A stretch of DNA of 63,000 nt, counting the filler, from Octopus bimaculoides (taxonomy: Eukaryota): NCBI RefSeq assembly GCF_001194135.2. It is 7 parts of 7 records of this genome, joined end to end, with 100 filler letters (N's around TTAATTAATTAA, not from the genome) between each part and the next. Parts side by side here need not be neighbours in the genome. Positions count along the whole stretch, not along the records: positions 1 to 21,687 come from NC_068981.1; positions 21,788 to 26,369 come from NC_068983.1; 5 more parts are not named here. One strand, given 5' to 3'. A program made the translations under genes and the position numbers. Positions 11,816 through 24,010 of this stretch are shown here, one piece after another. Position 1 is the first letter of the stretch. Every line of letters begins with the position of its first letter. The notes below the pieces were generated by a model. The model did no database searches, was not told the origin of the DNA, and worked only from the letters and a program-made list of their open reading frames with translations.

Positions 11816-12878
11816 TCTGACATGTCATTTTTTTTTATCAGAGGGAATTGTTGAGACCATGTGATAAAGTGGCTTTGATAAAAGTTCCATAAAATCTGCT
11901 ACATTATGACATAGTGATAATTATATAGTATTCAAACTATCGTCATCCAATCTTCCGGGCTACAGTACCCACTGTATCCTTTGAAAAAGACTGTAAGGTA
12001 TAATTTGGCAGTTTTGGTTGCTATTTCTAGGAGGTCGACGGATAATGTGCAAGCTCTTTCAATGGTTCGTTTCAACCTCAGTATATTATTACTGAGGTAA
12101 AGAGAAGCAGACCCTGATCAAACATGTATTCAAAACATAGACAAACACTGTTAACTATTCTAAGGCTTCGCTGTTTGTGCGATTCTGTCAATCGTTTTTT
12201 TTACGTTTGACACTTTAATGTCTTTCTCAACGATTTTGTCGCATGAGCTGAAGTATTGTTTATTTCAAATGGTAATCAACCTCTAACAGCAGAGATAATA
12301 ATAAAGGTTACAGTTACTAATTTTTACGAGAGGAATTTAGTCGAATGGCAGAATCGGTAGAGTAACAGACTTTCGCGCCCCAAATTTCCAAAGGCTGACT
12401 TTTTGTCTTTCTTCCTTTCGGAATCGATAAAATAAATACTAGCTGAGAATAGAGTCGGTCTTATTTAATCAATTTTAAAATTGTCTTTATTTTACCGACT
12501 GTGGAAATAGAGTAAGGGACAAGTTTGACTTGTGTGAATAGAAATGATTTGAGACAGGTGTATCTAAATATTTGGCGACTTTTGTGTTTAATATGCCACT
12601 TTCGCTTTACTAATGACTTGTACGTATGTGGTATTTCGTTATGCAACCTTAATATACTATAAAGTATATTAAACGTTTTTTCTTTTAAGTCAATACCTGC
12701 TGGTTATAATTTCTCTAGAATATCTGTAGAGATAACCATAACAAGTAAATTTTCACTTTGTCAAACTTTCAGCTTTGCCACTGTGCTTGCAGTTAACTTA
12801 ATCATGAGATATTTTTGGTGCAGTTAAGAAATACAAAAGACTATTTATTGAATAATTTCTGTTTTTTTTAAATCTCAC

Positions 12879-12897
12879 TTTTATGCGGTGGCGTCAT
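12879..12897 (-). CDS. Putative first coding exon (MTPPHK...)
   Basis: ATG at 12897 followed by AAAA|gtgaga donor; short and could be chance. Confidence 0.2.
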
Positions 12898-13130
12898 CTG
12901 ATAGAATTCATAACCAAATTTTCCTATAATCACTCTCCCAATTTAATACCAACATGAAAAATAATTCACTGCATTCAGTATATCCCCTAACACACACTAG
13001 CAAGGAAGATAAAAACTTCCTCTTTCGCAGTTGACAAATAGATTGATACAAGTTTGACAGCGGGTTCACAAAGATCGCAAATAAGTTTAATTTTTTATCC
13101 GAATCGAAATAAAATAATAGTTTCGGCACT

Positions 13131-13228
13131 GTCATGGTATTAGCTGTCAGAATTGAAAGTAGAACTGACAAGGAACGTTACTGCTGGTTTGAGTTGATTC
13201 TTTGGCTACTGACAGCTAATACCATGAC
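13131..13228. repeat. Perfect 20-bp inverted repeat with a 58-nt spacer
   Basis: GTCATGGTATTAGCTGTCAG (13131-13150) / CTGACAGCTAATACCATGAC (13209-13228). Confidence 0.95.
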
Positions 13229-14384
13229 TGGCCGGAGCGAGCTACCTGTCTGTCTGTCTGTCTCTCTCTCTCTATCTATCACTCGAAAGTTATTGGAACA
13301 AATTTGACACCTATATCCATGCATTTGAAAACACACAGAGTATAAGGGTACTACTAAAGCAGAGTGGTCCCGAACGCACAGTCGCGCGTCCGCGCTAGCT
13401 AGTCGTGAGTGGTCGATCCTATTATTTTTAAACTTCAAACTTCATTTGTTTTCTATTTTGATAAANNNNNNNNNNNNNNNNNNNNNNNNNNNNNNNNNNN
13501 NNNNNNNNNNNNNNNNNNNNNNNNNNNNNNNNNNNNNNNNNNNNNNNNNNNNNNNNNNNNNNNNNNNNNNNNNNNNNNNNNNNNNNNNNNNNNNNNNNNN
13601 NNNNNNNNNNNNNNNNNNNNNNNNNNNNNNNNNNNNNNNNNNNNNNNNNNNNNNNNNNNNNNNNNNNNNNNNNNNNNNNNNNNNNNNNNNNNNNNNNNNN
13701 NNNNNNNNNNNNNNNNNNNNNNNNNNNNNNNNNNNNNNNNNNNNNNNNNNNNNNNNNNNNNNNNNNNNNNNNNNNNNNNNNNNNNNNNNNNNNNNNNNNN
13801 NNNNNNNNNNNNNNNNNNNNNNNNNNNNNNNNNNNNNNNNNNNNNNNNNNNNNNNNNNNNNNNNNNNNNNNNNNNNNNNNNNNNNNNNNNNNNNNNNNNN
13901 NNNNNNNNNNNNNNNNNNNNNNNNNNNNNNNNNNNNNNNNNNNNNNNNNNNNNNNNNNNNNNNNNNNNNNNNNNNNNNNNNNNNNNNNNNNNNNNNNNNN
14001 NNNNNNNNNNNACTTGAGAAAAGTATGCATGTGTCATTTGTCCTTTGTGTCAATTGTAAGCAGAATGAGTAGCAGGAATATGCTGAAAGTTGATTCGATC
14101 AACTACATATCTTTCTTACAAAATTGTAGCTTAAAACAAGCTAGCTAGGGAGCCTCCACTCTGTCTATTAATTTGTTAAAAATAGCATCTAAATCTGTTA
14201 GTCACATCCCGCTTCTTTAAAAAAAAAGGTGGTGGGGTGGGAAGATATTGATAATATAACGCCAGCTATATAAAATGTCGGGATGTTATTAATCATCAAT
14301 CAGCTGGGACAGAGCTGATTTGGAGCCTTGTGCCTATATCAGAAATCATCTCTCTCTCTCTTTCTCTCTCCATATAAAAGAAAT

Positions 14385-14545
14385 AAAGAATCGTTAGAGC
14401 GTTGGATAAAATACCTTGCGGTATTTAATTACGCTCTGAGTTCAAATCTCGGCGTCGTCAACTTTTCTTTTATCATTCTAGGAGTGCTGGGATCGATATA
14501 ACTGACAATTCTTCTCCCACTAGATTCCTGGTCCCTATGTTAAAA
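14385..14545 (+). mobile_element. SINE family A, degenerate
   Basis: aatcgttagagcgttggataaaatacc...ctgagttcaaatctcggcgtcgtcaactt. Confidence 0.6.
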
Positions 14546-14976
14546 TCAGTTATTATTATAACTGGTTAAATAATTTGTCATTGCTGTAATTTGCAGTTCT
14601 AGTTGTTAGTAGTGATGGCTGGTGTCGTCGTACAAACAGAAAAATATTGATTGTTCCGCAGTTATAAGAGACTGTTTATAGCTAGAAGGTACTGACAACT
14701 GCATCACTATTTTACAAGACAGAAGTAGTTGTCGAGAGAGAGAGAGAGAGACTGTGGAGTCTTGGTTTTAAAGGTATAGGTTCAGTTTATATCTAAATCG
14801 CTTGCGTTTGTGTTCGTGTCATAGTGCAACAGTTGAAGTGAGGAGTTATGGCCAGCACACAATAAAGGACAGCATTGTGCTCTCCAAACCGTTTTCTCAC
14901 GTTTCTTTTGTCCATTCTTCATGCGGAGGATCTGTCTCCGCTAGCAGTAGCCCTTTCTCTCATTCGATTAAAAACA

Positions 14977-15041
14977 ATGTGCCAAGGCAAGCCACGTTCG
15001 GAGACTATCCGTTCGGATTCTGTTAAACTTCGTCTGCTCAA
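14977..15041 (+). CDS. Putative first coding exon (MCQGKPRSETIRSDSVKLRLL), or a 5'UTR exon
   Basis: Lies in CpG-rich unique DNA; strong donor AA|gtaagt at 15042; protein not recognised. Confidence 0.35.
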
Positions 15042-15363
15042 GTAAGTTAACTTTTTGGGTATCACGTTTATATTTTTAACATTATCGAGCTTAGTGTTTT
15101 CGTCTATTAAATTAATTTACCTTAAAAACATACACATATCCATATATTCCTCTCTCAATATTATTGTTATTAAGAATTACACTGCATTCTCTGTACACTT
15201 GCCATATACAACCCAACCACTGCTATTCACAAATTCATATCCAACTACATCTAACAAACAAGCAGTAAGTAACTGTGGGACCTTCGAAGACTATAAATCT
15301 TAATTAAGCAATTGGAAATTTATATAAATAGTAATATAAGTTTTCTTTCTTTATTTATTTTAG

Positions 15364-15441
15364 CGTTGTTGTGCAGCCATTCATTTTTCAGTGTTTGGAA
15401 ATATGTTATTTGGCCGGATGGAGAGAACTACATCTTCATGA
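15364..15441 (+). CDS. Putative second exon
   Basis: Long pyrimidine tract plus ttag acceptor; 78 nt, open in phase with the previous exon; donor weak (gtgtat). Confidence 0.25.
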   Translation, partial: RCCAAIHFSVFGNMLFGRMERTTSS

Positions 15442-16287
15442 GTGTATAGAAAGTGCAGTACAATTTTTCATCGTGTTTTTACTTTTCTTTCTGAAGCCAA
15501 GCGGAAGGATTGTTTGTTAATGTTTTTTATTGTTATGAGGTCAGAAGGAAGGGATGACTGCTATTATTATGAAGTCAGATGGGAGGGTTAAATAGTATTG
15601 TAAACAAATACAGAGGGAAACATTATATGTAATATCCATATATGAGTATTTAAGTGACTTAACAATGTACTTAATAGGCCAAGGGGGCAGGGAGTTGCTA
15701 AATAGGTTTTGTTCTTGTAAGCAGGAAACTGGATGCCTCTTCCTTTTGTTATTTAACTAAGTGATGAACACATAATTTCAAAGTAATAATTGATACACGC
15801 AGAAAAGATATTTTAATTTACTCAGTTTTTCATTCGAAACTGTTTCCTTTCAGATATGTTGTTTAATGCTTTAGGGAAAGATATATAAACATTACCATTT
15901 CTCTTTCTTCTTTATGATTTGCATGTTCGTAGCCCTGCTACAGTTGATGAGCAAGACAGCGAAAGAGTTTATAAACGATTGTTTGACCGGCTAGAAATGG
16001 CAGTCAAATTTTCGTTATCATATCCTACATCTTAAGACATAACTGCCAAGTCTTCCTCGAATCACATCTAGTGTCTTACGAAAGGACACATTAGATATGG
16101 TCCTCAATACACTTTTTGAATAAGAAGATGGGACAGTCAGGGCTCGGACTCCTTTAAACATCAGTCTGTTCAATCAACACTGAGATGGAACTAAGCAACA
16201 GCTGTTGGTAGTACCGGTTAGAGAGGGTGTCAACCATGGTATTTATCAAGGGGTCCTGTCACTATTAACAAAAGAAGAAAAAAATAC

Positions 16288-16355
16288 CCCGAATTACAAA
16301 AAAAACCCCACTCCGAATTACAAAAAAAAACACTCCGAATTACAAAAAAAAACAC
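16288..16355. repeat. Three-copy minisatellite (ccgaattacaaaaaaaa...cact)
   Basis: Seen directly; unit about 22-24 nt. Confidence 0.85.
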
Positions 16356-16440
16356 AATTGTATATTTATTAGTGACTGGTATAGTTGCGTATGTGAGAGA
16401 CAGTGAGGTATCAATATACGTATCAATGAAAACTTCCGCA

Positions 16441-16967
16441 TTCAGTTGTTTGTTGATACGGTAATATTTTTACAATTAGGTGGGTTTTGCAGTTTAGCCT
16501 CGAGAATAACGCTATATAACTGGGTGGCAATATATTTTGTTTTGTGGTGGACTTTGCCTTTCATCCTTTCGGGGTCGATAAATTAAGTACCAGCTGCGTA
16601 CTGAGGTCGATCTAATCGACTGGCACCCTCCCCCAAAATTTCGGGCCTTGTGCCTAGAGTAGAAAAGAATATTTTGTTTTGTAGTGGGATTGAAATTTTT
16701 AATGTCATACATACATCATACGTTTATACATTAGGGAACCCCTATGCCGTCGCTCATCCTGCTGGAAATAACTGTCAAATCTTTCTCATTTACTGTCTGA
16801 AAAAAAAAAAAAAAAGGGTACATTTGATTTGCTTTAACAGAGATGACTTCAGGTTTAAACAACACAATATGCAGTGTCTCGGCTTAGAATGAACGAGATA
16901 TGTAATCGTATGTATTCATATGCATACATGGATGCTCACGGACAAGCATATTTAAAGCTTCAGCTGA
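16441..16967. mobile_element. Unclassified ~420-bp interspersed element, copy 1 (carries a SINE insertion)
   Basis: Collinear with 19352-19772; ends TTCAGTTG...CAGCTGA; flanked by a CCGCA direct repeat (16436-40, 16968-72). Confidence 0.75.
16551..16668 (+). mobile_element. SINE family A, 5'-truncated, with 19-bp TSD
   Basis: TSD atattttgttttgt(g/a)gtgg at 16532-16550 and 16669-16687; the empty site is visible in the second copy at about 19457. Confidence 0.92.
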
Positions 16968-19351
16968 CCGCAAAGTGTGCGTGCGTGTGTGTATTGTAAT
17001 AAGGAAAAGTTATGAATTCTGGTTTGTTTTATTTTCGTTGTAGGTTTTTATTTCTTTTCTTTTCTGCTATAAAGTGTGTATCATTGTGTTAAGTCAGCTG
17101 AGAACAAACTGGGGAAACAAAAACCAGTCCCATTTATGTTCACTGTCATCACTACTTCCATCAACATCTTCGTTACATTACAAGATTTCTTTGTTTCAGT
17201 TTTCATAGAACTGATAGTGACTGTACTTTTTAATATTAATCATAGAAGCCAAGGCGACAAAGTTAGTTGTGACAGAAGCGATTTTGAATATATAATGGAT
17301 TTAATCTCAGCATTTTAAATGCCAACAGAATTAACTTTGCCCGTCGTTCTTTTGGGATTCAGTAAAATAGTATCAGTAATATACTGAGTCAATTTAATGA
17401 ACACAGATTGTATCTCTTGCCTTGTAAAAAAAAAATCAATATTTATAGAAATGCAGCAATTGTTAACGTTGTAAACAGTTTTATGGAATAGAGATATGTT
17501 GCAGTATAATGCAGCATAGTGTACTGCAGTGTACTGGGGTGCTTAAGAGGTATTCTGATATTTTCTGGCTTAGGGTGGATATTTATGCTGCAAGGTCATA
17601 ATATGTTTTTACATTATCTTTATTTGTTTCATTTAATGCTATTGTAGAACTTAACCTCTCCATTTGGTAATGATTCAGGCGAGGGGAAATTTCAACTTAG
17701 GATTCCTAGTGTAATTAAGCATTTTCATGTTTTGATCATTGCAAGTGAAAAATAAAAAAAACAAAAAACAAATTCATAAAGAATCAAATAAACAATTTTT
17801 CCTTACTGAGATAAGGCTCCAGGTATATAAAGGTGAAGAATTAAGACTGTTCAATGTTACTGTCTTTTGCCAAAAACATTAATGATGTAAAAAAAATGAC
17901 AGTTGGGGAACTAACAGAGGGACCTGGCTATACCCAGTTATGAAGATGGAACACATATACATTGATACTGACCAGTACCACTAATGAGATTTTAGATATG
18001 CACACACACATTATATAGATTGATACACCTATGTAAATAAATGGAAACTAATAGACTAAACCACCTTAGTATATTACTGTCAGTACCTCTAAACAGATCT
18101 ATAATTAATCTTCCTTAACAGTTCACTAATTAGATATTCTTTAAAATTATTCTTTTATGAGCTGACATGAATTCTAGTAAACTTTTAAAGCTGCAATGAA
18201 TATTGACAATGGTATAATTGAAGTATAATAGAAAGGAGTTTTTGATGAAAGCCATAAGACATGCCAAATAGAATTAAATCTATTATGAAGTTTCTTAAAT
18301 GGTCACTCAAGAAGTTGTTAGCAATGAAGTGTGTCTCTCTGTGTGTGTTTGCTCCTTTATTTCAGTTACTTGTCGGGTGTATGTAGATGGATGGATAGGA
18401 AATCAGAGACCAATATTATATATTAATGTATGGGAATATGTTATTCAATGTTGTAATGTGAATATAAATTTATAATCCATTCCAACATTGTATGATTTAT
18501 ATAATGGGGAAATTCTGCGTTCCCTTAATACAAAAGAACACTGCAATAGACTGTTTCTGTTGTGTCTTTTCATCAAGTTTTCAAACTGCTGCGATCATCA
18601 TTGTCACACTCCTTCCTTTCTCTTGATGTCTCTCATTGTCTATTTCTCTCTCTTCCACTATGCCAGATATAGGCAGAGAGTAAGAAAGATTCAAGAGAGA
18701 CCAAACGAGGAAAAAAAATAAGGTGAAAACCAATTTGATGTCACACAAACATACTGGTACTACATCACCATTGCTCTCCCTAATTATGTTCCCCTTTCTT
18801 GAATGTGTCTCACATTCTCTACCTCTCTTTCCCTTCATGTATGTCACTTGTTCTCTGTCTCTCTATTCCACTGTTCTGTGGAGGAAAGAGATATTGGACA
18901 TAACTACTTCATTTTTGGTTTTTCTCTCTGTACATTATTTTGCTTGTGAGATAACAGGGTGCATTTTGAGGGAGATTTGGCTGATATTTTTCATATCAAA
19001 TGTTACACAAACTTCCTTGTGAAGTGTTGAATAATAATAATATAAATAGTTTTACAGGTCTTTATTTTATAGTTTCTGATTACAAGGCAGATTTACAAGC
19101 AGACAATTCATGCATATATAGAGAGAGATATTGTTTCTACTTCACAACACACACTAGATTTATCATTGGCTAGACATAAAACTCCAGGATTATAAAGTTG
19201 GTCAAATAAATTGAACATTCATGCCTTTCCTGAGAGTATTATTGATGGCAGAAAACTAGTTTCAACTAGATATAAAGCCTCATTTGGCTGCATTTAAGTG
19301 GGAAAGGTATAATTCGGTAGGAGTTTTTGATGAAAGCCATATGACATGACA

Positions 19352-19772
19352 TTCAGTGTTTGTTGATATGGTAATATCTTAACATATTTTACCTAAATGG
19401 AGCTAGGTGGATCTTGTAGTTTAGCCTCAAGAATAACGCTATATAATGGGATGGCAATATTTTGTTTTGTAGTGGTATTGAAATTTTCAATGTCACACAC
19501 ACACTGTATGTTTATACACGAAGGAACCTCTATGTCATCACTTATCCTGCTGGAAATAACTGTTAAATTTTTCTCATCTCACACCCTTTACCATCTTAAA
19601 AAAACAAAAGACAAAAGATACCTTTGATACACATTTGCGTTAGCAGAGCTGACTTTGGGTTTAAACAACACAATATGCAGTGCCTCAGCTTAGAATGAAT
19701 GAGATATGTAATCGTATGTACCATATCCATACATGGATGCTCATGGACATGCATGTATAAAATTTCAGCTGA
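19352..19772. mobile_element. Unclassified ~420-bp element, copy 2 (empty site)
   Basis: Homologous to 16441-16967 without the SINE. Confidence 0.75.
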
Positions 19773-19834
19773 GTACTACATCATACAAATATTTGAGACA
19801 CATGCTGGATAGGATAGCATAAGGAAATGTATAT

Positions 19835-20100
19835 ATATATATACAAAACTGAGAATGTCTGTGTGTGTGCATAAGTAAAACTTGAGAACTACCCAACCGA
19901 TTTCATTCAAATTTTACACATGCCTTACTTAGGAACCAGCCGTGTCATGGGCCAAACAAATTTTCAGCTTCTTGCCTAATGTAACACAGAAGCAATTTCC
20001 TTATCTCTTACACTATTTCAGTATTATGTGTCAAAAGTAAAACAATAACATTTCTATTGTAATTTGAGATGATACTTTCAGTTTTAATAGTTTCACTATA
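19835..20100 (+). mobile_element. Possible non-autonomous Helitron/Helentron-like fragment
   Basis: ctgtgtgtgtg...actacccaaccgatttcattcaaattttacacatg resembles the core of such elements; resemblance only. Confidence 0.35.
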
Positions 20101-20137
20101 TGTATAGATGTATATGTATAGATGTATATATATATAT

Positions 20138-20327
20138 ATGGGAGAATATACAAATAATAACAACAGACGAGGACAGGTGGTGTAAATAACAAAAGTATAT
20201 ATTAGTATGATGCTCGGGAATACGGAAAGTCTTTGACGTTTCGAGCTACGCTCTTCAACAGAAAGAATACGGAGACAAGGAGAAAAACACGGAGAAAAAA
20301 AATTGAATAGTGTTCAGTCAACGGTCA
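20138..20327 (-). mobile_element. Hammerhead-bearing ~190-bp repeat, copy 1
   Basis: Near-identical reverse complement of 48938-49129 and 53786-53979, with the same ends. Confidence 0.9.
20230..20266 (-). ncRNA. Minimal type I hammerhead ribozyme motif (U6 variant)
   Basis: UCUUU-CUGUUGA-A-GAGC(GUA)GCUC-GAAA-CGUC-AAAGA; stems I and II perfectly paired. Confidence 0.7.
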
Positions 20328-20699
20328 ATCATAATAATATATATATATATNNNNNNNNNNNNNNNNNNNNNNNNNNNNNNNNNNNNNNNNNNNNNNNNNN
20401 NNNNNNNNNNNNNNNNNNNNNNNNNNNNNNNNNNNNNNNNNNNNNNNNNNNNNNNNNNNNNNNNNNNNNNNNNNNNNNNNNNNNNNNNNNNNNNNNNNNN
20501 NNNNNNNNNNNNNNNNNNNNNNNNNNNNNNNNNNNNNNNNNNNNNNNNNNNNNNNNNNNNNNNNNNNNNNNNNNNNNNNNNNNNNNNNNNNNNNNNNNNN
20601 NNNNNNNNNNNNNNNNNNNNNNNNNNNNNNNNNNNNNNNNNNNNNNNNNNNNNNNNNNNNNNNNNNNNNNNNNNNNNNNAATAATAATAAAATGAATGT

Positions 20700-21225
20700 A
20701 TATATATCAACTAACAATAAATAACAAATGAATTTATATAAAAATACTTATTATATCAAGAAGTAAAAGTACTTATTTTACTAATAAATAAAAGAAGAAT
20801 ATTTAACGATATTATACTTATCGAAGCTTTAGTTTAAACTAAAATTAAATGTCACACTATTAACATATCGTATATTAGAATATCAGCTAACAATATATAA
20901 CAAATGAATTTCTATAAAAATACTTATTTTACCAATAAATAAAAGAAAAATGTTTAACAATATTATTAAAAATAAATGTAATACTCATCTTATTGAAGTT
21001 TAAGGTTAAGCTAAAAATATTAACGTGACATTATTAACTTTACATTTATTAGAATATAAACTAACAAAAATATTACATGAATTTATATAAAAATATTTAT
21101 TTCACCTATAAAAAGAAAAACACTTAACAATATTATTGAAAATAAATGCAAAGCTTATCTTAACGAATCTTTTGTTTAAAATACAATTTAAACGTTTTAC
21201 TAGAATATAAACTAACAATACATGA
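20700..21225. repeat. AT-rich degenerate tandem array, unit about 175 bp, about 3 copies
   Basis: The anchor ctaacaa recurs at 20711, 20887, 21061 and 21212, with collinear downstream motifs (atgaattt.tataaaaata.tta). Confidence 0.75.
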
Positions 21226-21573
21226 GCATGTATGTATTTCAAGCGAGGGTGGTTTAGTATATATATATATAGGTGAATGTACGGATTGGTGCGCTTACGG
21301 GAACACGATAGACTTTTCTAATCCCTTACTTTTACCCCCTCCCCTTACTTAGCGGTCTATAGCTCTTTTGTTTTAATAACGGTCAACCATACAGTAATTT
21401 CCCTTTGTTTAATGGTCATTTTTCACAAGAATTTTCAATGGCCGGATAACTGAACAGATGTTGGCGTGGGTTCCCACCCCAGCATCCGAAATTCGGAGTT
21501 TTATCATGGCTACCGAATAAGTGTCACATATTTTTACAGATATGTATATATATCTATCTATCTATATATATAT

Positions 21574-21672
21574 CATCATCATCATCATCATCATCGTTTA
21601 ACGTCCGCTTTCCATGCTAGCATGGGTTGGACGATTTGACTGAGGACTGGTGAAACCGGATGGCAACACCAG
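21574..21672 (-). mobile_element. RTE 3' tail fragment
   Basis: Nearly identical to 266-360. Confidence 0.9.
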
Positions 21673-21731
21673 ATATATATATATATANNNNNNNNNNNNN
21701 NNNNNNNNNNNNNNNNNNNNNNNNNNNNNNN

Positions 21732-21743
21732 TTAATTAATTAA
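21732..21743. other. Assembly spacer TTAATTAATTAA inside N-runs (also at 26414, 49174, 54024, 58131, 59656)
   Basis: The same 12-mer sits between N-runs six times and places TAA in all six frames. Confidence 0.9.
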
Positions 21744-21787
21744 NNNNNNNNNNNNNNNNNNNNNNNNNNNNNNNNNNNNNNNNNNNN

Positions 21788-21854
<67 letters not shown>

Positions 21855-22032
21855 TATATACATATATATATACATATATATATACATATTTATATATACA
21901 TGGCCACTGTCAAATAACTGAAACAAGTAAAAGAAATAAAAGAAATAGCCCAGTGCAGAAATTGAGACAACAATCTTATGATGAGGAGTCCAATGCCTGA
22001 ACCACAAAGCCATGCACCCCACCATCATATAA

Positions 22033-22410
22033 TATAATGTGGTAATTAGCTTGCTTACCAACACATGGTTCTGGGTTCATTCCCATTGCATGGCACCTTG
22101 GGCAAGTATCTTCTACTATAGCCTCGGGCCGACCAAAGCCTTGTGAGTGGATTTGGTAGACGGAAAATGAAAGAAGCCCATCGTATATATGTATGTGTGT
22201 GTATATGTTTGTGTGTCTATGTTTGTCCCCCCAACATCACTTAACAACTGATGGTGGTGTGTTTACAACCCTGTAACTTAGCGGTTCAGCAAAAGAGACT
22301 GATAGAGTAAGTACTAGGCTTACAAAGAATAAGTGCTGGGGTTAATTTGCTCGACTAAAGGCGTTGCTCCATCATGGCCACAGTCAAATGATTGTAACAA
22401 GTGAAAGAGT
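22033..22410 (+). mobile_element. SINE family B, near full length
   Basis: tRNA-like head, ggcaccttgggcaagt core, internal (TA/TG)n, 3' catggccacagtcaaatga...caagt. Confidence 0.9.
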
Positions 22411-23306
22411 TATAATGTTATATATGAAAATAAAGAAGAAATGCTAAGGGAAAATAAAAGCAAAATGTGGTTTAGTAGCGGATGTTTATCAGTTAAAGAA
22501 GACAAGAAATCATCAATTTGAATAAATAGCTGTATACAGTGGGTGGAATTGGCCAGTTTAGATGCTTGAGTATATTAGACAAAAGATAACTTATTCAAAA
22601 GAGGAAAAACTAGAAAAAGAAAAATACCATCAGCTCTAAGGTAAAGCTGTTTACTGAGAGATACACAGGTGTTCGTTTATAAAATCTTACAAACTACTTT
22701 ATTGCATTCATTCATACGAAAGTGTGTGTGTCTGTGTGTGTGTGCAACCTTCACACATCATTGTTAATGGTGCAGCCCCACCACCATTCGGCCCCATTAC
22801 CAGTTCTCTACCATTTATACCTTTAACATCTGAGCAGACCCTTCAGGCAACAAGAGAAGAGAATTTACAGAGTGTGATTTGGAACACTTGAATTCAAACA
22901 GCCAACCATCCAAAAAATCATTGAATGCCAAAAACCACACAGGAAATGTAGTTGATATCTGTTTGATTATTTGTATATATACTATTTCTATTTTCCTTCG
23001 AGCGGTCTCATTTGATCAGGGTCAGAACGGTAAAAAACAAATTAGCTGGAAACAAGGAAACAGAGGCGGGGGATGGTTGTGGGGTTTTGGTAATTTCTTT
23101 TTTTGTTTTGGAAGTATGCTCAATTCACATTGGTGATGCGACCCCCTCCACACCACTACCACCACCACTACTATTACTACTACTCACCCTTTATTTTTGT
23201 AGTACCACCCCTACATTCAGAAACAATCTTTTTTATTTTACTAAAATGCTAAGATTAGAGGGGACAGAATTAGGGAGACAAAACACCATTCAGACTCCAA
23301 AACACC

Positions 23307-23359
<53 letters not shown>

Positions 23360-23567
23360 NNNNNNNNNNNNNNNNNNNNNNNNNNNNNNNNNNNNNNNNN
23401 NNNNNNNNNNNNNNNNNNNNNNNNNNNNNNNNNNNNNNNNNNNNNNNNNNNNNNNNNNNNNNNNNTATAAAATAGTTGCTCTTTGAAGCTACCACTAAGC
23501 TGAAAAAGAAAGCTAACAACACCTGCATGCATGTGTAAATATCTAACTCACAATATGTGTGTGTATG

Positions 23568-23602
<35 letters not shown>

Positions 23603-23804
23603 GCACACATGGACACACACAGACACACAAAGATTTATTTCATCATCATCATCATCATCATTTAATGTTTGTCTTCCATGTGTAGGACAGTTTGACAGTA
23701 TTCAATGAACCAGATAACTGTGTTGAGTCCAATGTCTTCTTTCACACACACACACACGTAAACTAAACTATATGTACAAATATTTTAGATTTTACATTTA
23801 TTTC

Positions 23805-24010
23805 TCTTGTATCTTTTACTTCTTTCAGTAATTAGATTCAGTTATTCAGTTATTAAATCACACCAGGATTTTACTTAAGTGAGTTGCCACAAAGATTTGT
23901 TTTATATTTTTTTAAAACCTAGTACTTGTTCTATCAGTCTCTTTTGCTGAGCTGCTAATGTTAATGGAACATAAACACACCAACACCACTTTCCAAGCAG
24001 TGGTAAAGAA
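23805..24010 (-). mobile_element. SINE family B, 3' half, degenerate
   Basis: agtacttgttctatcagtctcttttgctgagctgctaa is the reverse complement of the family B 3' domain. Confidence 0.65.

Larger units (their letters stand above)
12000..13420 (-). promoter_or_regulatory. CpG-retaining region, possible promoter / first exon of a leftward gene
   Basis: CpG cluster (cgaacgcacagtcgcgcgtccgcg at about 13370-13400), in contrast to CpG-poor flanks; function inferred. Confidence 0.35.

Noticed and set aside
13131-13228. miR-8/miR-200 family (TAATAC start)
   Set aside because: The sequence continues TAATACCATG rather than TAATACTG, and the 58-nt loop is too long.
17076-19022. ORFs of 76-99 aa as exons of the rightward gene
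   Set aside because: Low-complexity hydrophobic composition typical of AT-rich noncoding DNA; no consistent splice sites or phase.
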